A stretch of DNA of 64,000 bases from an uncultured virus (IMG/VR IMGVR_UViG_3300027865_000006) (IMGVR_UViG_3300027865_000006); one strand, 5' to 3'; numbered from the stretch's first letter, positions 46,353 through 55,688 are shown. A program made the numbers and translations. Notes: generated from the letters alone by a model not told the origin.

Positions 46353-46635
46353 GCCTCGCGATGAAGAAGCGTATATGAAGAAACTTATTAGAGATGCTTT
46401 TGAGACGGGTTTTCGAAAGTGTGGCGAGATGGCTGTGGAGCGTGTCACAGAGTTCAAGGAGTATGTGGTGACAAGTACACCACCCGCCACGAACCCTCTT
46501 CAAGAAATGATCTCTCCACACGTAAAAGCTGGTGCAGTGGGAGCCGTAGAGCAAGTCTTGAAGATAGTGACTGAAGTTACAAATGTTGAGATTATCGCTC
46601 ACGTTGTCGATCTCAGTGATTTAGATGTTAACTAA
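46345..46635 (+). CDS. Hypothetical protein
   Basis: Overlapping operon ORF. Confidence 0.5.
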   Translation: MDEPRDEEAYMKKLIRDAFETGFRKCGEMAVERVTEFKEYVVTSTPPATNPLQEMISPHVKAGAVGAVEQVLKIVTEVTNVEIIAHVVDLSDLDVN

Positions 46636-46936
46636 ACCAAAGAAATTGACAGATGAGGAAATCCTCGCGCAGCTTTGTACAACCTGGCGGTACGACCGTC
46701 CTACAGTGCTTGCTTTCTATGACTTTGGTAAGCTGCTTGACCGGGTTGAATGTGCTTTGTGTCAGCTCCGAGGACTTAGAAGGTTAGATACTTTGCCAGA
46801 AGGTGCACAACGGTTATTACTGCGTCGAAATAAGGTGAGAGCGGCTTTATCCGAGGTCAATGGAACGGAAGCACAGATACGAGCAGACCTGGTAAGTATA
46901 AAGACTAACTTCCCGCCCGATAACACATTGCCTTAG
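46625..46936 (+). CDS. Hypothetical protein
   Basis: Overlapping operon ORF. Confidence 0.5.
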   Translation: MLTKPKKLTDEEILAQLCTTWRYDRPTVLAFYDFGKLLDRVECALCQLRGLRRLDTLPEGAQRLLLRRNKVRAALSEVNGTEAQIRADLVSIKTNFPPDNTLP

Positions 46937-46953
46937 TTGACGAACCTAATTGA

Positions 46954-47244
46954 GTGTGTCAAATTGACGTTGAAAAAGGAGGCACCGATATGCCAAGAGG
47001 AAAAAGAGAAACGCGATTCTACGTTGTCGAAGAATCTGCGAGAAAAAATCAGACGAAGCCGGGGAAACCCGTTGTTAGAGTTTTTACCAGTACTCCTGAA
47101 TTCAAAGCGTGGGTGGAGAAGGCTGGAGTCAGTATCAGCAAGCAGTCGAAGCAAGTCATGTGGTTGGCTTTCCCCGATGAGCGTTGGGCATTGTGCTTCA
47201 AGGGTTACTCCCTGGCCTGTGTCGACGGACGGGTACTCATCTAA
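46954..47244 (+). CDS. Hypothetical protein (likely start MPRGKR after AGGAGG)
   Basis: Strong RBS; TAATG coupling to the next gene. Confidence 0.5.
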   Translation: MCQIDVEKGGTDMPRGKRETRFYVVEESARKNQTKPGKPVVRVFTSTPEFKAWVEKAGVSISKQSKQVMWLAFPDERWALCFKGYSLACVDGRVLI

Positions 47245-47582
47245 TGGCTTCACTTCTCCCCCCCGCCTTTAAACTGGGTAAAGATCTCTTTCCTTCCTGT
47301 GTAGTCGGAATTAGGAAGAGACTGGGGCTTACTCAAGAGGACTTAGGTAGACTGCTGAATGTGCATGGGGGAACGATTTCTCGTTGGGAAAATGGTAAGG
47401 CGCATCCAAACAATTTCGAAAACGAGTTATTAGCTGTTTTCAGTCAAGCTGCTCAGTTCAAGCGAGATTACTTAGGCACGGTTCTGCGGAGTGATGGCGT
47501 ACCCAGAACTCTATTCATTATGCTGAAAACAGCTTTTGAGCCTAGCTGGGAATACGTTCCCGAGGAGGAATCTAATGGCTAA
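47244..47582 (+). CDS. XRE-family HTH protein, paralog of 28369-28644
   Basis: IRKRLGLTQEDLGRLLNVHGGTISRWENG. Confidence 0.88.
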   Translation: MASLLPPAFKLGKDLFPSCVVGIRKRLGLTQEDLGRLLNVHGGTISRWENGKAHPNNFENELLAVFSQAAQFKRDYLGTVLRSDGVPRTLFIMLKTAFEPSWEYVPEEESNG

Positions 47583-47886
47583 GCAATGGAAGAATATCGC
47601 CGTAAAAATCGAGCCCGAGATGTACGAGGAGATTGAGGAGTACACGGAGAACGGTCAATTTGACTCGTTCGGTGCCGCTGTGCGTGATCTCCTTGCTCAT
47701 GGTCTCGAAACGGCTTCCGGACGCACTGGCGTGCAGCAGCGAGTAATCAGAGCCAATGCCGCTGCAGCCGCTAAACGTCGCCTTCATATCCTCATGACTG
47801 GCGCGGTCAAAGTCTTCGACAGAGAGTACGCCCTTGAAGGCGAGGAACTCGAAGATTTGGACGATCAGTTCGATATTGAGGATTAA
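47575..47886 (+). CDS. Ribbon-helix-helix (CopG/MetJ-like) regulator
   Basis: NIAVKIEPEMYEEIE...FDSFGAAVRDLL. Confidence 0.6.
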   Translation: MAKQWKNIAVKIEPEMYEEIEEYTENGQFDSFGAAVRDLLAHGLETASGRTGVQQRVIRANAAAAAKRRLHILMTGAVKVFDREYALEGEELEDLDDQFDIED

Positions 47887-47915
47887 TTGAACCCTTCATA
47901 CAACTAGAGTAGAAT
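47887..47915 (+). promoter_or_regulatory. Sigma70-like promoter
   Basis: TTGAAC-N17-TAGAAT upstream of AGGAG RBS. Confidence 0.55.
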
Positions 47916-47931
47916 ACCGTAGGAGCATAAC

Positions 47932-48273
47932 ATGAGCAAAACATGTAGCATACAGGTGAGATTTATCAGAAATGAGCCGAAGCTAAAGGCTTACTTGGCT
48001 ATTCCGGGTACTGTGGTCATGCAGTTGTACAGTCCCGAGTGCGATTTCTGCACCGAGGAGACTCCTCATTATGTACGTGCTTCCGGAGAATACTGCTCAA
48101 TGGGCAAGTTTGCTCGAGTAGACATCTCCGACCTGCAAGATGAAACTTTAGAGGACTTGAAGGTAGAGAACATCCCACAGATTTTGGTCTTCAAAAATGG
48201 CCTTGAAGTCGGACGGCACGAAGGATCTGCAAATTTCGAGGAAATCGCTGAATTCCTCGACAAACACGCTTGA
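47932..48273 (+). CDS. Thioredoxin-like protein
   Basis: YSPECDFC (CxxC), cis-Pro motif ENIPQILVFKNG. Confidence 0.85.
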   Translation: MSKTCSIQVRFIRNEPKLKAYLAIPGTVVMQLYSPECDFCTEETPHYVRASGEYCSMGKFARVDISDLQDETLEDLKVENIPQILVFKNGLEVGRHEGSANFEEIAEFLDKHA

Positions 48274-48282
48274 GGTAACACC

Positions 48283-49002
48283 ATGGCTGGCAAGTATACG
48301 GGACCGCGCAGAGAGTTAGTAATCAAGAACTCTGATTTAATTTGGATGGGTCGTATGGTTGTTGGTGAGGGTGGTTACAAGGTCACAGAGGACGGCGCTT
48401 CTGCGATACTCTGGGCGATGGCAAACAGATACTTGCTTCATCCTAAGCAAGAGCAATGGGGCTCGTTCGTGACGCTTCTAAGGAAGTTTGCTCAGCCAAT
48501 CAACCCAAAATGGGACGGTGTACCTGATAACCAGTCCGGCGAGGATTTCTGTGCTGGCGGGAAATATGAAGGTACTAAGCACTGCTCTCCGAGTAAAATA
48601 CGTCGCCGTGAAAAAATGCGGACGCTCGCGTGGGAGAATATCCCGCTGCGTGTTCGTCGATGGGTAGGTGAATTCCAAAACGGCGTGCTCTTCCCACCAG
48701 ATGACCTCTCCCGTATCCGCAAGGCACGCATTTCGAACTGGGGAGCACGCAGCATGGAGAAGCGGCTAGACGGCCAGATAGTTCCTCTAGCTGAGTGGGC
48801 ACCCTGGGGAATCGGCTTCGACGGTAATTGGTTCTTCGAGGACAAAGCCTTGATAGACGGCGAGATTGACGTGCAAAGCGATCCGGACTCACCGGCAATC
48901 AAACCACCCGTCTCTCCGTGGGGAGTGGCCACCGTGATAGCACTCACTGGCGCGGGTTTCTTGGGTACTAAACTGCTTATGGACTACATGGCCACCAGAT
49001 AA
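48283..49002 (+). CDS. SleB/Hydrolase_2-like cell wall hydrolase with C-terminal TM
   Basis: WMGRMVVGEGG...AILWAMANR and late GNWFF; C-terminal hydrophobic helix. Confidence 0.55.
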   Translation: MAGKYTGPRRELVIKNSDLIWMGRMVVGEGGYKVTEDGASAILWAMANRYLLHPKQEQWGSFVTLLRKFAQPINPKWDGVPDNQSGEDFCAGGKYEGTKHCSPSKIRRREKMRTLAWENIPLRVRRWVGEFQNGVLFPPDDLSRIRKARISNWGARSMEKRLDGQIVPLAEWAPWGIGFDGNWFFEDKALIDGEIDVQSDPDSPAIKPPVSPWGVATVIALTGAGFLGTKLLMDYMATR

Positions 49003-49010
49003 GGGGACTC

Positions 49011-49547
49011 ATGAACTGGGCACACGAAAAACTAGATCACTTGCTCGGCTGGTATTCTGCACAAACAGTCTGGATGAAGCTGCTTTGCGTCCTTCCCGTG
49101 GTGATTGGTGTTGGGGTTTTGGTGTGTCTATGCCTGGGGACTCTGGGTTTGCCTACGCGCAAAAAGAGTACTGCTGACGCTATTCATAGCGAGGCACAAA
49201 ACGTGATTGAGGGGCTCGATGCGCAGTTGCGTGAGGCTTCTGCGAAGATACGAGTAGCCCAAGACGCGCAAACCGAAATTGGTGTGCATTTAGAGCAGGT
49301 TGCCATCGATACCGAGGAGCTGCGTACTCGCGTCGAGGATATGACGCACGAGGAGCTCAAACTCTTTATGGAAGAGCGGCGAATAGCCCACCAGCAGTCA
49401 CCTGAGTGGGGCGAGTATCACACTGAGCCTGTACGTGTAACTTACGGCAAGTACAATAAACAGCCCGAACCCAACTACGGCATAGACTCCGAAAGCGGTA
49501 TCCCTTTCAACGAGCTCAAATCCAGAGTTAAAAAGCGAGATAAGTAG
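49011..49547 (+). CDS. TM plus coiled-coil protein (spanin-like or lysis accessory)
   Basis: N-terminal TM then heptad region; lies between hydrolase-like genes. Confidence 0.45.
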   Translation: MNWAHEKLDHLLGWYSAQTVWMKLLCVLPVVIGVGVLVCLCLGTLGLPTRKKSTADAIHSEAQNVIEGLDAQLREASAKIRVAQDAQTEIGVHLEQVAIDTEELRTRVEDMTHEELKLFMEERRIAHQQSPEWGEYHTEPVRVTYGKYNKQPEPNYGIDSESGIPFNELKSRVKKRDK

Positions 49548-49549
49548 TC

Positions 49550-50044
49550 ATGTCAAACTTCGATAGGGGGTTCGAAGGCGTGATCGTGTGGCTTACCATC
49601 CTGGTTGTAGCCGCCTCACTTTTGTTCTCGTGGGTAGGTAACGCGACCGAACTTCCCCCGATACCGCATAGCACGACTCACATACTGAACGGGAAGAAAC
49701 ATGAGTGCTTTGAGACGGAGCAATACCGCCATGTAGTGCAATACGTGCAAGTGGTGGCACCAGCTCTGCAGAGCCAGGTAACTGACCTCAAGTTGATGCT
49801 GCACAAGAGACAAGATGAAAACATTGCTCGATTCCGATACGCCAGTACTCTCGAACACAAACTCACTGTCTTCAAGCTCGATTTGACCGCAGCCCGCACT
49901 GAACTTGGCAATGTAAAAGACCAGATCAAATTGCACCGAAATGGTCAACGGCGTGCTACCGTCGTACATTACATAATCCATGGTTTGGGCCTCGTGGCCG
50001 TAATTAGCCTGGGCACTGCCTACGGCTTGGAGCGAGTGAAATGA
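49550..50044 (+). CDS. Coiled-coil protein with TMs at both ends
   Basis: N-terminal signal/TM, coiled coil, C-terminal TM. Confidence 0.45.
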   Translation: MSNFDRGFEGVIVWLTILVVAASLLFSWVGNATELPPIPHSTTHILNGKKHECFETEQYRHVVQYVQVVAPALQSQVTDLKLMLHKRQDENIARFRYASTLEHKLTVFKLDLTAARTELGNVKDQIKLHRNGQRRATVVHYIIHGLGLVAVISLGTAYGLERVK

Positions 50045-50733
50045 TCAATCATCCGAATGAGAACGTACAAGAGTTCGTTGAGTGGATACGGGAGTTCTAC
50101 GGCGTTACCACTAAACAAATGTCCTCTACTTGGTGGGGCAGATTCCTGCAATGGTGCCCCGCCTTCACTATGGCCGGAATGCAGATCGGTCGAAGTATCT
50201 GGATCAACGATGAGGACAAAAACAGGGATGGCGAGCGGGACTGGTGGCGAGATGACCAGCCGTTTGGTTGCATTGCCCTGACCACACATGAACTTTGGCA
50301 TGTATTGCAGAAGCGTCATGACAGAACGTCCCGCTGGAGGTATCTGAAGCCCCAGGCCTACGCTATCTTCATGCTACCTGGGCTCGTGCTCTCAGCTATC
50401 TACAGTCTGTGGTTGGTGTTCTTATGGGCAAGTTTGCTCATCTGGTTTCTACTACCTGGCCACGCCTCTGAGCGATTGCGCCTCGAGGCCGAAGCGTACT
50501 CATGGAATAGCTTCGTTGCTTCACTGCTTTGCGACAACGATGAGACCACCCTGGAGATGCTCCGGGTGAGGCACTCCAAGCTACTAGCGAGCAAAGCGTA
50601 TTACTGGCCTACGAGAAGCCCTGGCGAGGCAGAGCGCTACTTGGTGGGCTATGACAATATGCCTGCGACTGAGCCGGTACTTGCGGAGAAGATTAAGCAG
50701 ACTGTCTCCAATCTGAAGGCAGAACTTCGTTAA
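50041..50733 (+). CDS. Membrane zinc metallopeptidase-like protein
   Basis: HELWHVLQ (HExxH) and downstream EAEAY around a TM hairpin. Confidence 0.7.
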   Translation: MINHPNENVQEFVEWIREFYGVTTKQMSSTWWGRFLQWCPAFTMAGMQIGRSIWINDEDKNRDGERDWWRDDQPFGCIALTTHELWHVLQKRHDRTSRWRYLKPQAYAIFMLPGLVLSAIYSLWLVFLWASLLIWFLLPGHASERLRLEAEAYSWNSFVASLLCDNDETTLEMLRVRHSKLLASKAYYWPTRSPGEAERYLVGYDNMPATEPVLAEKIKQTVSNLKAELR

Positions 50734-50753
50734 ACATTAAAGGGAGGAAAACT

Positions 50754-51443
50754 ATGAAGGGATCTCAAATCTTTGCGTGGACGTGTATCTTTTTGGTCAC
50801 GTTCGGGTGCACCCTATTCACCGTGAGAACTGCGAGAGCTTCTGAGCCAAGGGGCTCTGATGAAGTCTCCAAGGTAGATAAAACTACTACACCCCCCGCC
50901 AGGAGTGGGAGTGTACACAAGCCGCCAGTAAAAAACAAGCATTGGAATGAAAAAACGAAAGTGTGGTTGGCGCGTAGTTGTGTCGGCGAATCTGGTTTTA
51001 CAGCAGTAGATGAGTGTATGGCCATCGCGTGGATCTACGCCAAGAGATCACACCTTGTACGGTGGTCGCTGCTCAAGATGATCAGACGGTACTCAGCAGC
51101 TACAAAGCCCCATGAAGTGCATAGGAGGCCTTGGCTCTTCGAGCTCACAGCGAAGGCTGAGAAGCCAGAGCACTGGCCGGATTCGTTACGGTGGAAGCGT
51201 CACAAGAAAGCCTGGCTCAACTTGCTGTCAAAGCTCGACGAGTGGAAGCGTGGGGGCATTCCTGACCCGTTACCAGAAGCAGATCACTATGGGAGCTACC
51301 GAGACGCCAACCAATCACGGTACGTGCGTACGTGGGAGCGACTAGATGCGCCAGGTTTCAAAAACCTGTACTTTAACTCGCGCCAGCGCCAGCGTAAGCC
51401 GGTTTCCAAGTACACGAAATACATGATCAACGGCAGGCATTAA
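50754..51443 (+). CDS. Secreted SleB/Hydrolase_2-like protein, paralog of 48283-49002
   Basis: Signal peptide; WLARSCVGESG...AIAWIYAKR; NLYF. Confidence 0.5.
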   Translation: MKGSQIFAWTCIFLVTFGCTLFTVRTARASEPRGSDEVSKVDKTTTPPARSGSVHKPPVKNKHWNEKTKVWLARSCVGESGFTAVDECMAIAWIYAKRSHLVRWSLLKMIRRYSAATKPHEVHRRPWLFELTAKAEKPEHWPDSLRWKRHKKAWLNLLSKLDEWKRGGIPDPLPEADHYGSYRDANQSRYVRTWERLDAPGFKNLYFNSRQRQRKPVSKYTKYMINGRH

Positions 51444-51528
51444 ACGGGAAAATCCCGCGCTCGAATTTCCCCTTGTTTCCTCGCGTACCCAATCACGGAA
51501 AACCTATTCCATACTAGTAAGGGAAAAA

Positions 51529-51641
51529 CCGACATGTAATTTTCCATGCGACATGTAGGGAAAAATACAGCTCGGGAAATTCACGGGAAATGTAATTAAT
51601 TGTCCGACATGTAATATTCCATCCGACATGTGTGGAAAAAT
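51529..51641. repeat. Two ~38-bp direct repeats, each with two CGACATGT boxes
   Basis: ccgacatgtaattttccatgcgacatgtagggaaaaat (51529) and ccgacatgtaatattccatccgacatgtgtggaaaaat (51604). Confidence 0.85.
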
Positions 51642-51712
51642 CTGACATTTTCCATGTATGTATACGGATAATGATCTAGTTTTCCGTATGAAAAATAAAT
51701 TGAATTAAAAAA

Positions 51713-51742
51713 TGAATATATCATTTTTTCCGTTCGTCTAAT
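51713..51742 (+). promoter_or_regulatory. Repeated promoter-like motif, copy 1
   Basis: TGAATA-N16-CGTCTAAT. Confidence 0.7.
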
Positions 51743-51822
51743 ATATAAGCGGCACGGAAAAGCGCTGGAAAATTTCCCCCGGAAATTGGATTTTGGTTTC
51801 TTTGAAAAAATGACGGAAAAAT

Positions 51823-51852
51823 TGAATAGTTCAAATTTCCCTTTCGTCTAAT
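51823..51852 (+). promoter_or_regulatory. Repeated promoter-like motif, copy 2
   Basis: TGAATA-N16-CGTCTAAT. Confidence 0.7.
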
Positions 51853-51896
51853 TTATAGACTGGGAAATTTGAACTATTAGAAGAAAGGGAAAATCG

Positions 51897-52061
51897 ATGA
51901 AAATCTTTTATGCGATAGTAGAAGAAAAATGGACGTTAGTTGTTGCAACGGATGTTCGCTACTTTGCGAGCGGAAATATTTGCTACACGTTACTAACTCC
52001 AGAGAATGAGGAAATGCGAATGATTGCCCCATTAGGGGAATACCGAAACGTCGCAAGTTAA
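51897..52061 (+). CDS. Small early protein (54 aa, not in ORF track)
   Basis: GAAAGGGAAA RBS then MKIFYAIVEEKW... Confidence 0.55.
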   Translation: MKIFYAIVEEKWTLVVATDVRYFASGNICYTLLTPENEEMRMIAPLGEYRNVAS

Positions 52062-52138
52062 AATTGCCTTGCTAGTATCCCCAAAAAGTTTGGGGATATT
52101 CGCTAGTCAATCGTGACTAGAAAGAAAGGGAAAAAATC

Positions 52139-52324
52139 ATGGCCAAAAAGTTTGTTCATACGATGTATGATCGTGATAACGAATATCGAAATTATGTGGT
52201 TTTTTGTGATGAATGCGCGGAAAGTTACATAAATCAAAAGGGATTCAAGTATATCGGATCCCCTGATGAGGATTGCGTTAACGGTTGCGATGATGCTCCA
52301 CGCGAATTCCCGTATTTTAATTAG
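52139..52324 (+). CDS. Small Cys-containing early protein
   Basis: GAAAGGGAAA RBS; CDEC and CVNGC. Confidence 0.6.
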   Translation: MAKKFVHTMYDRDNEYRNYVVFCDECAESYINQKGFKYIGSPDEDCVNGCDDAPREFPYFN

Positions 52325-52350
52325 ATTTTGCAAAAATTTGAGTTATAAAT

Positions 52351-52380
52351 TGAATACCTCAAATTTTTAGAACGTCTAAT
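52351..52380 (+). promoter_or_regulatory. Repeated promoter-like motif, copy 3
   Basis: TGAATA-N16-CGTCTAAT. Confidence 0.7.
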
Positions 52381-52424
52381 AAATGCGCCTCAATAATGGG
52401 GCAAATCATGAAAGGGAAAGTTTC

Positions 52425-52898
52425 ATGTCAATTCACGCAATACATTCACTTGTCCAGGAATCTCCTGAACAAGTGCGAGAAGTTTTGGCTATGTATGACC
52501 GACGCCGAAAAAAGACATTGCGCATCGATTGTAGCGCTGACGTGGTTACGCATGTTTCAAAAAAAGTACGCACTTCTCTGCAAGAATATTTTTTGGTCAT
52601 CTGTCTAGATAATCAAAATACGCCTTTAAAAACCCTAGAAATTCATAAAGGCGGTTGCGATGCAGTTGTTATAGATGCGCGCTGCGTATTTCGTGCGGCT
52701 TTAGCCGTAAAAGGTTGTACTAGAATCGTACTAGTACATAACCACCCGACAGGAGATCTTACGCCGTCGCCACAAGATCGTGCAGTTACGACTAAGCTAG
52801 TCAAGGGCGGTGATCTACTCGGATTGACCGTACTAGATCACGTTATTCTGTCAGGAGAAGATAGCCTTTCAATGCGCGATTTAGGAATGATAGGATAA
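52425..52898 (+). CDS. RadC-like JAB-domain protein
   Basis: QEYFLVICLD, VHNHPTGDLTPSPQD, VLDHVI. Confidence 0.92.
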   Translation: MSIHAIHSLVQESPEQVREVLAMYDRRRKKTLRIDCSADVVTHVSKKVRTSLQEYFLVICLDNQNTPLKTLEIHKGGCDAVVIDARCVFRAALAVKGCTRIVLVHNHPTGDLTPSPQDRAVTTKLVKGGDLLGLTVLDHVILSGEDSLSMRDLGMIG

Positions 52899-52928
52899 TT
52901 AGATAATGCGAATTTTTGATCTATTTTT

Positions 52929-52958
52929 TGAATAGATCAAATATTCAGATCGTCTAAT
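52929..52958 (+). promoter_or_regulatory. Repeated promoter-like motif, copy 4
   Basis: TGAATA-N16-CGTCTAAT. Confidence 0.7.
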
Positions 52959-52997
52959 ATATGAACCGGGCAATTGCCCCAGCATGAAAGGGAAATC

Positions 52998-53294
52998 ATG
53001 TCTCAAGAAATCGCGAAAGAAATTTTCAAGCAGTTCGGAGGTAATCGCGCTATGGCCATGATCGGCGGAATTCCCGTTTCGGATGGTCCCGCGTTGCATA
53101 TTCGTTTTAAGGCAAAAGCCACAAATACCGCTAACTGGTTCATTATCAAATTGAACGGTATGGACACTTACGACGTCTCATTTATTCGGGTTTGGGGTTC
53201 GAAAAGGAAAGTTATAAAAGAGTATCCCGGAATTTATTGTGACCAGTTGCGCGAGATTTTCGAGAAAGATACCGGGTTGTATCTACACCTCTAA
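52998..53294 (+). CDS. Phage-type hypothetical early protein
   Basis: GAAAGGGAAA RBS; QFGG...DTY...YCDQL..IFE..TGLY pattern. Confidence 0.65.
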   Translation: MSQEIAKEIFKQFGGNRAMAMIGGIPVSDGPALHIRFKAKATNTANWFIIKLNGMDTYDVSFIRVWGSKRKVIKEYPGIYCDQLREIFEKDTGLYLHL

Positions 53295-53368
53295 TCGCCT
53301 GGTTTTAGTCCTCAAAAGTTTGAGGACTAGCGCGAGTCAATTAGGGCTTGAATGAAAGGGAAAGTTTC

Positions 53369-54412
53369 ATGTTTGTAAAAACAAAAGAGTTGCGCGCCGC
53401 ATTAGCGGGTTTTCGCGTATTCAAACCAGAAAAAATTGTGGTTAGCAGTGTCGAAGGTAAAATCATTTTCACGAGTGCTAACGTGCGCGTTATTCTACCC
53501 GCTACGGGTGAATCATTCACCAAAGGACGCGAGATCCCTTTGCCGTTGGCGAAGTGTCTAACCTCTCAAACCTCGACGGCCATTGAATTCGTAAACCAGA
53601 CCGGAAAGATCGGTAAGATGGTAACGATAGCTCCAATTGTCGAGGTGCCCGAAATCGATGTAGACTGGGAAGATATGCACTATATTGGCAAGGCTAAAGA
53701 TGCCCTCGATCCTTTGCGATACGTGGCGCAAACTGCGAGCACTGACGAAACTCGGCCACACATAAATCGAATTCATTTCGACTCAAAACGAATTGTAACT
53801 ACCGATGGCCATAGACTTCATTTAGCGCATTTAACGAACCGAGGAAATCACACACTTCGCGAAGCCGTCAACGTGGATCGTCGAGTCGGCGAGGCCTTTG
53901 TAAAAATGCGATCATTGGTCGGTAAGGAAGATCTTATTGGGGTTCAATCTGGCGTATTGATCAGCGATAGGATTTTTGTGTTTGATAAGAAAAGCGATCT
54001 GGCTGCAGCTTTTCCGCCATACGATCAAGTTATCCCAAAATATCATGAATGCGTTTTACATCTAAGCGTGGCTACGCTGAAAAATGCGCTAAAACAGTTG
54101 AATCTAAAAGGCCCTAAACATACGTCAGGCCTGAAAATTTCAGCTACAGAAGGTAAGCTGGTTTTTTTCGAACGGTGTCAAGGTCAGGAGAGACGTGCAG
54201 TTATTCGAGCTTCGTATAGTGAGCTACTGGGGAATGATTTTTCTAAGTTTGAGGGTTCGATTGGCGTTAACAAAAAATACCTCAATGATGCTCTGAAACA
54301 TTTAGATCCCACCAAAACAATTATGCTTTGTACAAGTGGCCCATTAGATCCCCTCGTGCTTCAAAACAGCGACGGAGATCACATAGCCGTCATAATGCCT
54401 ATGCGTATTTGA
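53369..54412 (+). CDS. DNA polymerase III beta-clamp-like protein
   Basis: DETRP, TTDGHRL, FPPYDQVIP, IGVNKKYLNDAL, terminal VIMPMRI. Confidence 0.85.
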   Translation: MFVKTKELRAALAGFRVFKPEKIVVSSVEGKIIFTSANVRVILPATGESFTKGREIPLPLAKCLTSQTSTAIEFVNQTGKIGKMVTIAPIVEVPEIDVDWEDMHYIGKAKDALDPLRYVAQTASTDETRPHINRIHFDSKRIVTTDGHRLHLAHLTNRGNHTLREAVNVDRRVGEAFVKMRSLVGKEDLIGVQSGVLISDRIFVFDKKSDLAAAFPPYDQVIPKYHECVLHLSVATLKNALKQLNLKGPKHTSGLKISATEGKLVFFERCQGQERRAVIRASYSELLGNDFSKFEGSIGVNKKYLNDALKHLDPTKTIMLCTSGPLDPLVLQNSDGDHIAVIMPMRI

Positions 54413-54479
54413 TGAGGTGGATTGAAAGGGGGAATCATTCCCCCTTTTACTCGGTTTTATCAAACGAAAGGGAAACAAC

Positions 54480-54899
54480 ATGAATTTAGCAGAAAAATTT
54501 GAAGTGCTTGCTTATAAGACTAACCACTTTCCGATCGCTAAACACCATTGTGTGGCTACAATTAAAGATTTAAATTCGCGAGATATTTACGCTCTTTTTA
54601 CAGATGGTTCAGTCGCGAAATGGATTGATGAATGTTGTAATTGGTTTGAGCAAGGGGAACGGGTCTTTGTGAATACTGCCGAAGAGTTTGGGGATGGAAA
54701 TGAGCCTTTAATCGGCGAGACTCCTGAACGGGTGTTAGAAGATCCTGCGTTAGTGGCGTTAGTGGCTGACTGGGCTAAGCAATGTGAAGGTGATTTTGAG
54801 GCCCACCGAAAACTTATCCGGGTTGAATTTGCAAAAGCACTAAAACCCGCCACATGGGACGGCAAGCGATGGTTGGAGGGTGAATCATGTATGAAGTGA
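54480..54899 (+). CDS. Hypothetical protein
   Basis: GAAAGGGAAA RBS. Confidence 0.6.
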   Translation: MNLAEKFEVLAYKTNHFPIAKHHCVATIKDLNSRDIYALFTDGSVAKWIDECCNWFEQGERVFVNTAEEFGDGNEPLIGETPERVLEDPALVALVADWAKQCEGDFEAHRKLIRVEFAKALKPATWDGKRWLEGESCMK

Positions 54900-55360
54900 A
54901 ATTATTGAAAGGCACCGAACCGTTGCGTGTATGGCCTAGCTCGACACTCGCAGCAGCGGGGCAAGCCTATGTCAATCCTGGCCTCCTCGCTCCGATTGGC
55001 ACAATTGCGCAGGCAACCTGTGTGACGCTTTCAAACCCAGATTCATTTCTGGGGGGGTTACGCCGTAGACCAGATGAACTCATTTGGATAATTGCGTGTG
55101 AGCATGACCAGCGCGTGGAGGTGCATGAATTGTCTTATGCGCTACTGAGGAAACCACTGGAGAAACTCCACAAGCAGATCCTAGCTTGGTTTCCTTACCT
55201 GGATCCATGGCGTGCCGTTGCGATTGCGTCCGGTTTGCGCGATTGCGCTTTCATGCGTCTCAGCAAATGGGTTACGTTGGATTTGGTTGAGGTCGATCCG
55301 AGACATTGTGAACTAAAATTACTCAAACGCGCACAGGAGATAGATAATGAGACGAGTTGA
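54887..55360 (+). CDS. Hypothetical protein
   Basis: GGAGG RBS, overlapping operon ORF. Confidence 0.5.
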   Translation: MYEVKLLKGTEPLRVWPSSTLAAAGQAYVNPGLLAPIGTIAQATCVTLSNPDSFLGGLRRRPDELIWIIACEHDQRVEVHELSYALLRKPLEKLHKQILAWFPYLDPWRAVAIASGLRDCAFMRLSKWVTLDLVEVDPRHCELKLLKRAQEIDNETS

Positions 55361-55688
55361 ATACCCAACTCCCGCGCAAATGGTTCATAGCGAGCCATTT
55401 GAGCTCAACACCATCAAACGGCTTCACAAGCTCTTCCCGAAGGAGAGTCGGCTACGGTTGACCTACGGATTTCCGGAAGATGAATGTTGTGATTTGGAAA
55501 TCGAGTATCAGGTAAAAAAGGGTGGTCGCTGGCGAGCTATTGGATTCGCTCAAGGATCGATGCTGTTTAAATGGCTTCCGGAAGGCAGCTCGGGCGAGTT
55601 TCTCGGCTGGATTCATGATTTGTATCATGACAAGGTTGATATCGAGAATTCCCCCGTGGATAAGCTCCACGAAGATTGTTTCACGTGA
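55347..55688 (+). CDS. Hypothetical protein
   Basis: AGGAG RBS. Confidence 0.55.
   Translation: MRRVEYPTPAQMVHSEPFELNTIKRLHKLFPKESRLRLTYGFPEDECCDLEIEYQVKKGGRWRAIGFAQGSMLFKWLPEGSSGEFLGWIHDLYHDKVDIENSPVDKLHEDCFT

Noticed and set aside
51529..53341. CRISPR array
   Set aside because: Repeats are irregularly spaced, separated by genes, and look like promoters or operators
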